A DNA stretch of 64,000 nt from Octopus bimaculoides (taxonomy: Eukaryota): positions 26,228,550 through 26,292,549 of the forward strand of contig NC_068985.1 of the NCBI RefSeq assembly GCF_001194135.2. The letters are read 5' to 3'. The notes beneath the pieces are model-generated. The model saw only the letters and a program-made list of their open reading frames with translations. It made no database searches and was not told the DNA's origin. The position numbers and the translations under genes were made by a program. This document shows, one piece after another, positions 1 through 14,997 of the stretch (the first letter of the stretch is position 1; each line of letters starts with the position of its first letter).

Positions 1-48
<48 letters not shown>
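1..48. repeat. (TA)n microsatellite
   Basis: Uninterrupted TA run at the window start. Confidence 0.95.
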
Positions 49-53
<5 letters not shown>

Positions 54-74
54 GTCTATATATATATATTTAGT

Positions 75-1047
75 AGCTAGTAATAGATTGAATGAAATTA
101 ATAAGAAACATTTCAATTTAATTAAAGAACTAAAACTACTAGATAGAACTGAGTCATAAGCCACTAAAATCCCACACTTCACATTTAAGGACCATAAAGC
201 TAACTTCGAGAGTAAACCAACGGTTAGGTTAATCTGCCCAACCAAATCGGATTTGGGCAGAATTAGTAAATCTATCATCAGTACAATTATCCCTCATATT
301 AAAAGGAACATGAACCTCCCACTCTGGGTATCCACGGGAGATGTCATAACTTGGTTCTGCTCTTTAAATAACAAAAAGAAAACCCACTTTATTCAATTCG
401 ACATTAGTAATTACTACCAGTCCATTAAACCTGATTTACTAGACAAAGCAATTAAATTTGCAGAGAAATTTACTAGTATCACGCCTTTGAAGAAAAATAT
501 ATTTACTGCAAGGAAAACACGGATCTCCTTCAAAATTAGGACATGAACCTGATCTGACCTTCACGACGACTCTGATGTTACAATGGGAAGTTCGGATTCT
601 GCCCAGGTCACAGATATTGTTGGACTATTTCTAATCTCTAAAATTAGGGAAGAATTCCCTAATATTAGTGGAGGCCTATATAGAGATGCTGTCTTATTTG
701 CCATATCTGAATCCTCCACACAAGCAACTGATAGGATTAGGAAAAAATTAATAAAATTTTTTTTAATTATACAAATTAGATATCATATTTGAAAATGTCT
801 CTAAATGTGTTAACATATTAGATGTAACATTAAATTTGGATAATGGCTTATTCTATCCCTATCACAAGCCTAACAAAACTATTAAATATATCCACACCTT
901 ATCAACTCATCCCCAAAGTATCATTAGGGGAATAATTAAAGGTGTGTCGATAAGAATTTCTAATTTATCCGCAAATGAAAAAATATTTAACGAGTTTGCA
1001 CCCCTTTATAATACAGCACTAAAAGACGGTTTTAACAGTAAAATATA
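75..1047 (+). mobile_element. Degenerate Penelope-like retroelement RT fragment in a CWH43 intron
   Basis: Frameshifted pieces: FKDHKANFESKPTVRLICPTKSDLGRISK, FIQFDISNYYQSI, MGSSDSAQVTDIVG, GGLYRDAVL (decayed YRDD), LDVTLNLDNGLFYPYHKPN and SNHP-like STHPQSII; cut at about 1047 by a SINE. Confidence 0.8.
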
Positions 1048-1203
1048 TCATCATCATCATCATCATCATCATCGTTTAACGTCCACTTTCCATGCTGGCA
1101 TGGGTTGGACAGTTTGAGGACTGGCGAGCCAGAAGGCTGCACCAGGCTCCAATCTGATCTGGCAAAGTTTCTACAGCTGGATGCCCTTCCTAACACCAAC
1201 CAC
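1048..1203 (-). mobile_element. SINE family A ((GAT)n tail, TAGGAAGGGCATCCAGCTGTAGAAA core)
   Basis: Same sequence as many copies in the window; (CAT)n tail on the + strand. Confidence 0.85.
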
Positions 1204-1248
<45 letters not shown>

Positions 1249-1281
1249 GTATATTGTAATTTCTTCTGTATTAATTTTCAG

Positions 1282-4200
1282 GTGGCTTATTTTTAGCTGT
1301 TTTTACACTTTCTATTTGGCCACATATGGTCAGTCGAGCAATTCAGTGTCCACCAGGAAGAACTATATTTGTGTGTATGTTAACTTGGATAATTGAATCT
1401 CTTTTCTTTGTGTGGACTGTTGCCTACAACTTTGTACCCGGTGGTGTGTATACACGTGAGCACACAGACTACCTCATTTCATTCATTGCTGTAACTCTAC
1501 TCTCAGGATATTTTACAGGTAAATTGCTTCACATTTTTATCTCATAGAAGATTTTTACATGGATTCCACTATTATTTCAGGTGTCCCACAACCTATAAAC
1601 TTTATGGCTTATTACTAAATAAGCTGAGAATTTGAAATGCCGATGCTGTGTAAATGCACCTGTACCAGTGGCACATGCAAAGCATCTAGCACATTCTGTT
1701 AAGTGGTTGGCATTAGGAAGGGCACCCAGCTGGAGAAACCATGCTACAACAGACAATTGGAATCTGGACAGCTCCATGTCAAACTGTGCAACCCATGCCA
1801 GCATGGAAAGCAGACATTAAACAATGATGATGATGATGGTCTTCATCCTCTTCATATACTGCCCCTGCCTGTCTCTCTCTTCTTCATCTACCCCTGTATC
1901 CTACCCAACAGCATATCATCTTTCTTTTGTCCTGTTTACACCATCATGCTTTCTGTTCTATTGCTCTGCACTATTAGACCGTGGAGGCGCAATGGCCCAG
2001 TGGTTAGGGTAGTGGACTCGCGGTCATAGGATCGAGGTTTCGATTCCCAGACCAGGCGTTGTGAGTGTTTATTTAGCAAAAACACCTAAAAGCTCCACGA
2101 GGCTCCGGCAGGGGATGGTGGTGAACCCACAACTTTCTCTCACTCTTTCTTCCTGTTTCTGTTGTACTTGTAATTCAAAGGGCCAGCCTTGTCATGCTGA
2201 ATATCCCCGAGAACTGCATTAAGGGTACATGTGTCTGTGGAGTGCTCAGCCACTTGCATGTTAATTTCACAAGCAGGCTGTTCCGTTGATCGGATCAACT
2301 AGAACCCATGACGTCGTATGCGACGGAGTGCCAACAACTATTAGACCTCCCCTACTCCCTTCATTCACTCCTTGCACTCCACCCCCACTTGTTCCTTTCC
2401 ACCTTGTACCTTGAAGGTCCACTCTGATACCTCGCCACCCTTTATATCACTTTCGTGCTCTCTCCCTGCATCTCTTCTATGACGTCAGTGGTCATGTAGC
2501 TCCTCTACAGCAAGAAACCTGTTCTGCTCCCGCCTTTTCCTCTCGTACTTTATCCCCCCCCCCATTCCTTAGTCTCCTTGCATAAAGCCCCTACATGATC
2601 CCCATTCAGGGGTCATAATCTTGCAAGCTTCATGAACCTTACAAGTGCTGGTGGCAGAGGGAAAAAAGAAGAAAGAAAAATACCCAGTACCCAAACATTC
2701 CCAGCATGGAAGATGGACATATAATAATCATGATAATGAGGAGGAGTAGGTGGAGGAGTTTACTTCCAATTTTTATGATTTTATTACTTAATTTCAATGT
2801 CTAACATTTTAAAACTTTTAATGATTATTTTTGTTTTTCAATTTGAAAATAAATATTTTTCTTGTAGTTCTCATCATCATAAAGTTTGTAATTAGTATTG
2901 TAATGTTTTTTTTTGTTGTTTATAATAGTTTTTTGAATTTGGTAAATATAGTGGCAATACCAACTGAGATTATTTCAGCTGGTACAGGATAAAGTATGGT
3001 GAAGAAATTGTGATAAATAAGTTTAAAACCTTCGTATAAATGAAAAAGTTTTCTCCGCTGAATTGTATAAAAATGTATTGCAGTCTTGCTTTCCCTAAAA
3101 CTGTTTTCAAAGAAAGTTTTTGCTGTTCTTTTTGGTTCATTTTGTGTTTCTTTTTATTTTTGAATTTTAATTCTAAATTTACAAAATGTTTCAAATTAAA
3201 ATAGACAAAAATGATTTTTGTTATCCTATTAAATTTATATATACTATAACTGTGTTATGAAAGTTCAGATCACACATGCATGAGTTCAGATCTTAGGATA
3301 ACAGCCATTATATTGTATTTAGTTAGTTCTGTTTGCTTTGTCTTTCATTGACTGGTAGTTAGTTGTAAGAAAGGAATTCAACAATAAAATCAGTAGAAAC
3401 ATTTTGTGAAAGATGAAATTTGTAAAAACTTTGATTAAAAGAGAAAAAAACAAAACAATGATTGTAAAATAATCCCCAAAAGAAAATCTTAGAACATATT
3501 TTAATCTATCTTTTCAGGTGCTGGTGCTAAATACCCTTCTGATGCCTTTATTCACATGGATTCAAAAATGTGGAATGAAATTAAAAAAGGTAGGCCTGAA
3601 ACCTGGTACTACTATTCCAAATAAGTAAAGTTTTACGTATATTTTTTTATAGTTAACACACCATTTTCAGAGACATTAATACAATAATTAGTTAGTTTAA
3701 TAGGCCTTCATATATATTTACATTTTCTTTGTTTATATTTTTGCATTCTTTTTTAGTATGATCAGGATGGATAAAGTTTGTGGGCACAAGCACCTACAAA
3801 GCTGAGGGTTTTAGAACAGCCATTTGGTCAAACTCTTTATTGACCTGGCTAACCACCTTAATTAACATTGTCTTTACTAACTCATCTTTTTCAGAACCTG
3901 TTTCTCATGATTCAGTAAATTTCTTATATCTCTCTTTCCTATTCATTAACGACATTCTGTCTTTCATTTATAATATCCTTCACTTGATTACACAACTGTA
4001 CAACTCTCTGCTCTTCACTGCCTGTTTAGTCCTTTAGTCAGTTCATTAAATATTGTATTTCTAGTACACAATTTTGAATTAGTTTCAAACCTACCCACCA
4101 AAGCTATGCACTGCATGTACCTGGGACCTTTCTCTTTGAATTAGCATATATTCATTAACTTACTTAAAAATTCCACTTGTTCTTCATCCATAATTTATTT

Positions 4201-7200
4201 GCACATTGTTATAAAGAAAACTGTAGCATAATACTTTCCTCTATATTTTTTGACTTATTTCATCCTCTTTTTTTAGCAATACTGCTTCTTCTTTGTATCG
4301 GTTTGCTTGGATTTGGCACCAGGTCCAATCACTTCGAGCAACCTAAAGTAAGTAGTCACTTTTTTTGTGTGTTTTTTTTGTGTTTTTCGCTTTTCATTTA
4401 TTGAAACCTTTGGCAATTTGTTGTGCTTGAGAAGACTTGTCAAACCAAGTGAAATTATAGTCGTAGACAGTGCCAGTAATACATAAAAGGCACCAGTACT
4501 GGTGGCACATAACAGGCACCCATTACACTCTTGGTGTTAGGAAGGGTATCCAGCTGCAGAAACCAGGCCAAAATTACACTAGAGCCTAGTGCAACTATCT
4601 AGTCATACTAACCCATGCCAGCATGGAAAACAGATGCTAAATGATGATGGTAATGATATTAAGAATATATCATATTACACATGCAACGTTCATACTGAAA
4701 AATACAAGTAACCGAAATAATAAGGCCTCTCTTAAATTTATTGATTCTTTATAGTGTATGATGGAATCAATTTTCATTGCCTTGCCTAAAAAAACTGGAA
4801 CAATCAAGTGCAAAAATCACAGAACGATAAGCCGAATGGCATTTTTGGATGGTTTGACCAGGACTGGTAAGCTGAGGAGCTGCACCAGACTCCAGTCTAA
4901 TTTGGCATGGTTTCTATGGCTGGATGCCCTTCTTAATGCCAACCGCTTAATTGTAAACAAAACATCATTAAGAAAATAGATAGAAAATAGATAACAGTGT
5001 GTTAATGACAATATACTATCAGATTGTTGATTTTGTGTGGCATTCAGAATTACATTTAAGGATTTTAAATTTTACTGCATGATCTGAGCCTAAGAAAATA
5101 GTAAAAGTTTGCATAAACCAAAATATGGAAGTTTAGAAAAAATATTGTAGGAGTGGTTTTTATTGAAATGATTGGAGGACATTGTAGACAAAGCTTAAGA
5201 TTTTAAAGAGAAAATAAATTTGGAGTATTTTTAAAATGCTTTTTCTTTTAAATTGCTTATGAAGAATTTAGCAGCTAATAATTTGGTATTTATTCTACTG
5301 TGTTACTTATATGATGTTTCTATTTATCTAGCATATTCATAGAAACAAATCACAGAAAATTCACAATAACAGCTTTTTGAATTTCCAAAGTTGCTTTTAT
5401 TTGGGAAGTTTAAAGTATTTTTAGCATACAATTGATGTTCCTTGTTTGTTTGTTTTATTTTATTTTTTATTTATTTATTGTAGAAATTTTGAGCCTTTTT
5501 TTTGTGTGTGTTTTCAGTAATTAATAGTTATATTTTGCATAAAATTTCAAAATTAATTTCTTTTCCTTCTAGTAGATCTTAATTAGACGTTAAGATTTCA
5601 AAGCCAAGACAAGGACTGAGATAATTGAACACTGGGCTTTAATGCTTTACTGGAAAAGGTTTAGTGCTTTACTGATCTGTGTTCAAACCTTTTCAATCCT
5701 TTTTGTGGCACCTTGGCAAGTGTCTTTCAACTAGTGGAAACTGAAAGAAGCCTATTGTATGTATTATGTATGTATGTATGTATGTATGTATGTATGTATG
5801 TATGTATGTATGTATGTAGGTAGGTAGGTAGGTAGGTAAGTGTGTATGTTTGTATATATGTACCCTTCTCTTGACGTCATGTGATGGTTGTGAATGAGCA
5901 TCACTGTCATTCAAGTGATGTTTATTTCCAGTTTTCCATGGAAAACGTGTCTGACTAGGGATAAATAATAACTTGCACGGAAATAGGCGAGGGTTGGTAA
6001 CAGTAAAGACATCCAGTTGTTGAAAATCTGCTTCAACAAATTCTATCTGACCCATGCAAGCATGGGAAAGTGGTCATTAAGTGATGGTGATTGTGCATGC
6101 GTATATGTATTTGGTTTATGCCTAAGTACAAGGAATCCCTAGTGCTTAGATTGAATATTATACTAACAGAACATCATTTAGTTAGTTGATCTCTGAGTAT
6201 AATTGCTTTATACTATGTTTGCTTCTCTATATATTTTAACAGCCATCAAAAATATTCACGGCTGCTATATGGACATTCCATTTTGGCTATGACAATTATG
6301 GTTGGCCAAGTATGGAACGTGCAGAAAAAGTTCTTAGAGAAACTCGTAAGTAACAGTATGAGAAAATTTGGATGTATTTTTTTACCTCCAAATTTTTATT
6401 CCTTCAGACTTTTGAATTGACTTCATTGATTTTAATTTCTCAGAATTTGTATTAAATTCTAACAATCATATGTCAGCTTTTTGTTTTGTATTAAGAGAAG
6501 CTGTTATGTAAACTATGGCAGCATGAATTTTAGTTTCCATAAATTTTGTTGACCAAGCAACATCTATGATCAAAGCATTCTTGCAATGATTATCCTGTTT
6601 TCCGTTTGTTTTTTTCCTGATAGTGTATCCAATGAAACATGTCCTTTATTAAAACAAGGGTCTGATTGGCTGCTGTTTCACAGGTCAAATCCCCACATAG
6701 AGGATCCCTGATTGCCCTCACTCAAACACTATATATCAGAGAGTGGCAGGGGTGGCTGAACCAGTAGGCTAACAAGCTAAATATTTTACATTAGTTAGCT
6801 TTATTCCTCTAGTAATTTGGGATTAAATATATTTTTGTGCCCTTGGATTGATAAAATATGTACCTGTAATATTTTGGATCAAGACCTTTGACCGTACTCC
6901 TCTCTGAGATACAGTGTAGTGTTGATGATTTCAGTTTACCTTCTGACCACTTTCCCATCTAAACACTCGTCAATGTTATTTCTGAGGGAACATTTTTTGT
7001 TCCATGACAATTGAACTAACCCAACATTTACAAGCCATATAGAAAGCCTCTGCATGGTCACTCACTCTACAAGACATGGCAGCCAAATCTCCTTCAAATT
7101 CATTCTACTTTGTTATATACTGGATATTTGTATATTCTTGTCCAAGGCACGCTCTGCCTGGAAAGTGTACCTTGGATACTTTTCTATACAATCAAATGGA

Positions 7201-10200
7201 TTCACAGTATTGTAAATCTATTTACAATTATGTTCAACTAGAAATCTTGCCAGCAACAAATTCAAAGTAATGTTTCATTTGCTCACAGTTTATTCCAATT
7301 GAATTACAAGGAAGAGTTTCTGTAAGAAATTCCTGCTCATTTTTTAACAGCATCAGTGATAATCTTGTAAACTGAAAATGTGTTGGGATAGTCTTTGCTG
7401 GAATGCTCTTGGTCATAATTCAGTGCAATCAGAGCCAACTTAGGAGCTAAACAAACAACATCTGAATTCTCAGCTTGGCCAACACATATTAACCTCTATA
7501 CCATGTCAACCTCAATGCATAATAATGATATTCTCAAGATTTCAATACAAATAAGACATTTAATATTATCTACTTAGATTGGCTGATTTTTATGATTATG
7601 CTATAAATTTTTCTTCTAATTTACTTTTTCTCTGTTCTTTTGTAGATGCTGATTTTATTACCTTATTAGAAAGTGATGCCTCAAAACCATTTCTGGGAAA
7701 TAATGATTTAGGCATGTGGTTTGGCCAGAAACTTGGAATGTATGTTGATTTTGGTCCAGCTACCAAGAAGCACACTTGGGGGTAGGTGTACAATTAGAAC
7801 TGTATTTTAATGTAAATTTCTTTGATATAAACACCCCACTCCTTATGCACATCTATTCCTCCTCACCTCTCTCTCTCTCTCTCGTATTTTTTTTACTCAA
7901 TGTATTTTTGAAAAAGAATTCTGCAGGCATGTCTGTGAAGATATATAGACCTCACTCTATGTATGTATGCGTGCGTGCATGCATATGTACGTACATACAT
8001 ACATACATATATATATACATAGCTCATTTAATGGCCATTTTCTGTGCTGGCATGGGTTGGATGGTTTGATTGGGTCTGGCTAGGCAGAAAACTGCACCAG
8101 GCTCCACTGTCTGTTTTGGCATGGTTTTCACAGCTGGATGCTCTTCCTAACACCAACCACCATAAACATGTTTAGATGAGAATAGTTATATCACAACTTA
8201 CAAAAAAATATTTAGATCATGTGTGAGAATAATTTTCCCTTCATCTTCTTTTCTTTTAAACAGAAATTTAATTCTTTCCAAGTACCCTATTGTAAAATCT
8301 GTTCATCATCTCCTTCCATCTCCTCAAGGTAAGTCCTCCTAAAACTTACTCATTTTGTTCTTAGAACTTGATTATAGCTTAATGTTCATTTCTGTCATAA
8401 AACTACTCATAAAAATATTTGTGTTTTTCTTTTATATTGCATAAACTTGTATTTAGCACATCTTTGCTTATTTTCATCTAAACTTTTTATTTGTTGTCTA
8501 CCTAATCAATGTGAACTGAGTGCAAAACTTCTTTGAAGTTTGCAATATGAAACTCTATAAAACATCATGCCAGCAAGGGATTATACACTACCATCTGTAA
8601 AAAAAGGAAGAACATGTTGGATAATGTTGTCCTAAGTGCACCATACCTGGAATTAAGAGGTGTTGGTCATTGATGGAATGCCTTTAATCAAAGTCTACTT
8701 GTTTAGAGCTGATTTGATGGTAAATTGCTTTAATTCATGAAAGGTTAGCCCTTGAAAAAGTAACTGGCTCATCAGAAGTGTCATGAATATATAGATCTAT
8801 GCTGGTATGGAAAAATGTTCTTTCTTATACCAATCAAACTGAATGAGAACCACTAGCTTTTTTGCTAATTCTATTGTTGTTGTTTGTTTTTGTCACTCTT
8901 GTTGCTGTTGCTGCTGCTGCTGCAGCAAGCTGACAGAATCATTAGCATGCCAGACAAAATGCTTAGTGGCATTTCTTCTGGGTTTACATTCTGAGTTCAA
9001 ATTCTGTCAGGGTTGACATTGCTTTTCATCTTCTGTGATCAATAAAATAAGTACCGGTTGGGCACTGGGCTCAATGTAATTGACTGGACCCCTCTCCTAA
9101 AATTTGAGTTGATGTACCTATAGTAGAAAGAACTTAATGTTAAGGCAGTGAGCTGGCAGAATCATTAACATGCTGCACAAAATGTTTAGTGGCAAGTGTA
9201 ATGCTTATTTATTCACATTCTTTTGAATTAATCATGCATTATTTCATAGTTTTGAGATTTCGATGATGCCGGTTTTTATTTTTAGAGTGATAATGTATGG
9301 TAGGTGTGAGAAGCTGGACCTGACTGGCTTGAACATAAAACAGGTAGAATGTTTAGGCCAGATGTAGCTGGTTTAAATGCTAAAGGGTTAAATACATGAA
9401 CACTTTCTTAGGCTGCTTTCTTCTCGGTCATATTATTGTTTTCTTAAATGTTGACATAAGCTTACAAAGTTTATTCATTTGTTTCTAAACTCTGTATTTG
9501 AGTTTTCAAACTGTCTTATTCCTGTTTCTTTTTTTGTTGTTTAGTGGAATATGAAGGGCTTGTTGTCTCTTCCCCTCCTCTCTTGAGTTAATAAATGAAA
9601 CAATAAAATGATAATTGTTTCACATATTGCCTGCTGATTAATTTAAACATTTCAAATGATACATGATGTTATATTATAGGTGAACTGGCACCTGCTGTTA
9701 GTGCCACAGTGAACATTAGTGGCACCCTGGTTGACTTTGTTGTCACTCACATGGGTAATCACCGAGACAATGAAGACAGAAAACAGCAAGCTATATATCT
9801 TTCTAGCATTCTTAAATCAAGGTGAGTGCAAATTTTTGTGCAGACAATTACATCTAAACGAAAATATTCTTTGTGCTAGTATTGGTCTCAAATATTATAT
9901 GCTCTAAACACTTTACATTCTAAAGCAACCCTTCATTTTTGTTTTAAAATTTACCTAAAATGTATAAATATATGCCAAATATAGAGTATCAGTCTCTAAT
10001 CTGGTGATACTGACGATTAACCAGATTATATTCAATGTATAATAATATTCTTTGCCCTCAAGTTTTTTGTGAATGTTCTAAAACCTTAAGAATTGTATTA
10101 TGTTCTGGAATATATGATTACTGGTGTACTACTGTCTCTGATAATATTAATAAATCTTTTATTCAGTTGACATCTTAGCCATAACCTTTCTATTATTATT

Positions 10201-10427
10201 GTGAATATTTTGTGAGATGTTTAGGAGATAGTCAGAGAAAGTAGGATTTGGTCACTGGTCGTTGCCAGTAAGAGCACTCACAACATTCTCGGAGTGGTTG
10301 GCGTTAGGAAGGGCATCCAGCTGTAGAAACTCTGCCAGATCAGATTGGAGCCTGGTGCAGCCTTCTGGCTTGCCAGTCCTCAGTCAAATCGTCCAACCCA
10401 TGCTAGCATGGAAAGCGGACGTTAAAC

Positions 10428-10466
<39 letters not shown>

Positions 10467-13400
10467 AGCATGTTAAATAACTCTATTGAAGATTCCTTAC
10501 TAGCTTCAGTAATTCTGCTTTTGCCTGCCTCTACTGTAGTCATTCAATCTTGTAACAAAGCACAGGATATAAGCAGGTATGACATGACATACTTGACTAC
10601 TCTATGGCTCATATAGCCAGCCTTTGCATGGCAGTGTATTTTTAAACAAGTGAATGCCTCACTGTATTTCATAGATTTACTCAAGCAGAATTAGCTGAAG
10701 TTATTCAACAATTACTACTGCAATAGAACCTCAATACAGCCAGTGAACCAGGTAGAAATATCTGCCAGGTCTCCTTCAGATAACATCCCTTTGTTTTATA
10801 TTAGGGCCGATGCATTGAATAATATAGTCTTACATACACTATACCTTAAAAATAGATGGGATGATCACAGCTTGAATGCTTAGATCATAGGCACAGTTCG
10901 GAACAACCTGAACATAAATAACTGTAGTGTCTTATATACAACAATATGGCATTAGGAAGGGCATCCAGCTGTAGAAAACAAGCTGAATCATACTGGAACC
11001 TGGTGCAGCTCTCCAGCTTACCAGTTCCAGTCAAACCATTTAACCCAGGGCTTGCCAACCTGAGGCCTGCTGGCCACATGTGCCCTGCAGACTTTTATCT
11101 TGTGGCCTGCTCGATACTTTCTTGAAGTGGGTTTATTTAAACAAACATTTAAAAAATTTTATCAAAAATTAAAGATTGTAATGAAAATACTACTGTTTTT
11201 GTAACGATCATATTTCATGTTGAATCAAAGATCATTCATTCATTATTGTAATAATAGCATGAGAAAGCAAAATGCTTTCAATTCTGTCAATATATAAACG
11301 GCCCATAAAAACCTTTCTGTGATTACAATGGTCTGTAATGTAATTCAAGTTGGCCAGGCCTGATCTAACCCATGTCAGCATAGAAAGCAGATGTTAGATG
11401 ATGATGGTGGTGGTGGTGGTGGTGGCGGCGGCAGTGGAGGAGGAGTACAGGAAGCTGCTTTATTCTTGATTCTAATTTTTTTTTCCTGGATAATTTACAA
11501 CTTTGTAAATGTGTTTAGTGAATTTGTGTGTGTAGATTAATTTGAATTACTTAATGATCACAACTATAGATTTCTGTAAGTTTTGGTGAAATGTTTAAAT
11601 CTAAAAATATTATTTTTCTTTTTTACTTCTGTTTTTTAACATGGTCATTTTGCTGTCACTGTTCAGCACATATTCATTACAAACTGGATTTGTTTAAGGA
11701 AAAAAAGTAATGAAAGATTTCTTCATTTGATTTTGGCCTTTGTGATTTTATAAGTAGTTTTAGCTACTATCTGCTTTATTTAGAGGTTTTCTGTAAGCTG
11801 CTGAAATGTTACGTCCCTCGCCCTACTTTTTTTCTTTTCAAATGTTGTTGAGTAATAAAAATTTGCTTAGACACATGATATATGTAATTTGTTGGATTTA
11901 ACAAAAAACCTTGTTATCCTTCTTTTTATCTATTTTCTTTCTCTTTCTCAATAAAAACACTTGCATAGTATTTAAGCTAAGTTTATAAGGTAGTCTGAAA
12001 AGTTACCTGTTTGTATGAGTATTTACACAGATTCAATGATTTCAGACATTTAATGACACTAGCCTTTCATGTATTACTTAACTGGTAGAACAAGTTAGAA
12101 GTTCAAAATAAGCTATTTCAATCTCTTCAAAGACTGTAGGCTGGTGAGAAAGACTTTTGTTTTGTTTTACTGCATTAGCTATTCTCTCACACATTTCTAT
12201 GTATATTTATGGGATTAAATGAAACACATTTCACATTTATTGTCAGTTAAAAAAAAGCCTTCATGTATTCATGCTATACCTGGTGATATGTCTGTTACTG
12301 ATGTTCTGCTTGAGCAAGCATAAAGACTGAGCAGATGTGTGGTCTTGAATATTTTTTTGAGTTTCACTTTGTTTTATTGACACTCTAGCTGTAACTATTC
12401 CTAGTTTTATTGAGGGTGTGTTGTTCTAATTACTTCAACATGGAGATTTGGCTGATTTCTTTTAAAAGATCAAACGTGTATAGAGAAGCTCTCTCACTAA
12501 CTCAAGTCTGAATTGTATTGTGTAGTGGTGAGCTAGCACTGGTGGCAGGGAGTTTTACATAATCTTGTTTAGTGTATATCATAGTTCTGAGCTCAATGCC
12601 ACAATGGTTGGTTGTATTGGTCATCTCTTTTGATGCAAAATCTATCTTAGTTTTAATAGACTTGGCTGAGGAGGATCTTAGTCTTGCTGGCTACATGACA
12701 ACTTCACTAGTGCTGGTGCCATGAAGAAAAGCATCTAATGTACATTGTAAAGTGGTTGACATTAGGAAGGGCATCAAGCTGTAGAAAACATACTAAAGCA
12801 GACAGTGAAGCATGATGCAGTCTGCAGACCTTGTAGATCTTGGGACATTAAATAAATGATGTTGATGATATATAATATCATCATAATCATCATTTAACGT
12901 CTGCCTTCCATGCTTGCATGGTTTGACAGGAACTGGTCAAGCAGAAGCCTGCACCAGACTTTTGTGATTGTTTTGGCAGGATTTTTACAGCTGGACACCC
13001 TTCCTAACACCAACCACCCAGCAGAGTGTACTTAGTGCTTTATACATGGCACAAGCACAGGCCAGGTCAGTTTTGGCAAGTTTTTTATAGCTGGATACCC
13101 TTCCAAATGCCAATCACTTTACAGTGTGGAGTGGATGCTTTTTAAGTGGCACCAGCACTGGCAGTCACCAAGTAACTTGCAAGACAAAAATCTTTTGAGT
13201 GGGGAAAAGGTGATCTTGTGTCAGATGATGAAAAGTTATAATGAAACAGAGAGACAGAAACAGGTGTCTTGCTGTAGAGGAGGTACAAGGTTACCCAGCC
13301 AGAGAGAGAGGAGAGAGAGATCAGGAATGAAGACAGTAACAAGTGTGCTGCTGCAAAGAAGATACATGCTTACCCAACCTGAAGGAAGTGCAGGCGAAGA

Positions 13401-14962
13401 GAGAAAAGGTGGGAGACAGCAGGATAGAGATGGTAGCAAACTGCTGGGCATACTCACAAGGGAATGGATCAGAATATAAATGGGATGGTTGAGAAAAGGC
13501 AGAGAGAGGTATAGATGGTGGCAAGTGCCAGGGCATACATGTTCACATATGTTGTCCTTCTTCCTCTGATTAACCCTGAAAAATAAGTATTTTTAATCCT
13601 AATTTTATAAACAATTTTGTATGTCTTCTCCAATATAAGCCATCTTTAACCTCCATATGTAAAACTAAATAAAGTATATATTTCAAAGAAATCAACATTT
13701 TTGATTGATTTTTTTTTCACTATAATGTTTTCGTCATCATCATCAAAATTGTTTTACAGTTTATTTTATATTTAAGATTATGTGAATTTTTTTATTTACA
13801 GTCCAAATCCTGCTGTATTTCTTGGATATGTAACATCATACCCATATGGCCGAGATTATACCCAGTTTATTGAAGAAGGTCAAATGAATGACATTGACCC
13901 AACAGATCATGATCGTTGGTGTCAATATATAATGTATAAAAAGCTAATTCGGTATGAGACTCTTTTATTTTCCTTATTTATGCCTTAGTAACATGATTAT
14001 CTGATAAGAAATATTTATTAACCAATTACATTACTGTGTATTCCTAAATTCTGAAATGTCAGTAATTTGAGGATATTTTGAAAAATATGTATTTCATTCA
14101 CTTCAATATGAACACTGTTTTCACTTGTCATCTTTCAACATTCTTTTGTTATATGTCAGTCTGGTGCTCTCTGCAAGAATTCAAATAGCTAACTTTAGTT
14201 TGACAGTCTCTTTATTTAAACTAAATATGCTGTTTTGATGATTCCTGGAGTCAGTATGCCCCCAATTGATAAAACTGTCTTTAGATGTGAATGTTTCTTT
14301 TATATCTCTATAGAGAAGAGAACATTTTATGCTTATTCCATAGATACACAGGACAGTAAACAAACTAGAAAAATACTCTTCAATATTTTGAGGTGTCTTG
14401 TAAAAATAAGTTAAAAACAAATTGAACATTTTAAAATCTGTAAGATTTAAAGGTATTTTTGTAGGGTTAACAGCAATAGTAAATTTATAATTTCTTCCTT
14501 TTATTTCCTACTTACTGACAGAAGTATATTGCTTCCAATCTTGTTAAAATAATTTTATAATGACTATGCAACACATAGTTTGAGAGCACAGGTTTTAATA
14601 GGTTAGAGTTGAGACAAGAATATAAGTGGTCTTAATTTACAAGCTATAAATACATTATTTAAAAAAAAAATTATTTTTGAAATATATGTACATATTTCTT
14701 CATCCTCTTTGTCATCATCATCGTTTTAATATCCACTTTGCCATGCTTGCATGGATTGGGCAGAATTTGTTATAAAATGGATTTATTAGAGCTAAGTGCC
14801 CTTCTTGTCACCAACCTTCACCTGTTTCCAGCAAGATAATATTTCCTCATGACCAAGCATATTTTTACAGATTAGAAACAAAGGATACTTCTTGCATGAC
14901 AGTGATACTCATTTACAACTGTCATGTGCTGCCAAGGCAAGGAAACAAAATCTCTCTCTCCT

Positions 14963-14997
<35 letters not shown>

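Noticed and set aside
836-1117. ORF ending in poly-His
   Set aside because: The His run is the (CAT)n tail of a family A SINE fused to the Penelope fragment; other HHHH/DDDD/MMMM ORFs have the same origin.
1981-2055. tRNA-like sequence (also reversed near 27650-27722)
   Set aside because: It is the head of a TSD-flanked SINE with no matching acceptor stem, not a tRNA gene.
13126-13536. Several overlapping ORFs of 66-117 aa
   Set aside because: GA-rich extension of a repeat; no recognisable protein and no consistent splice structure.
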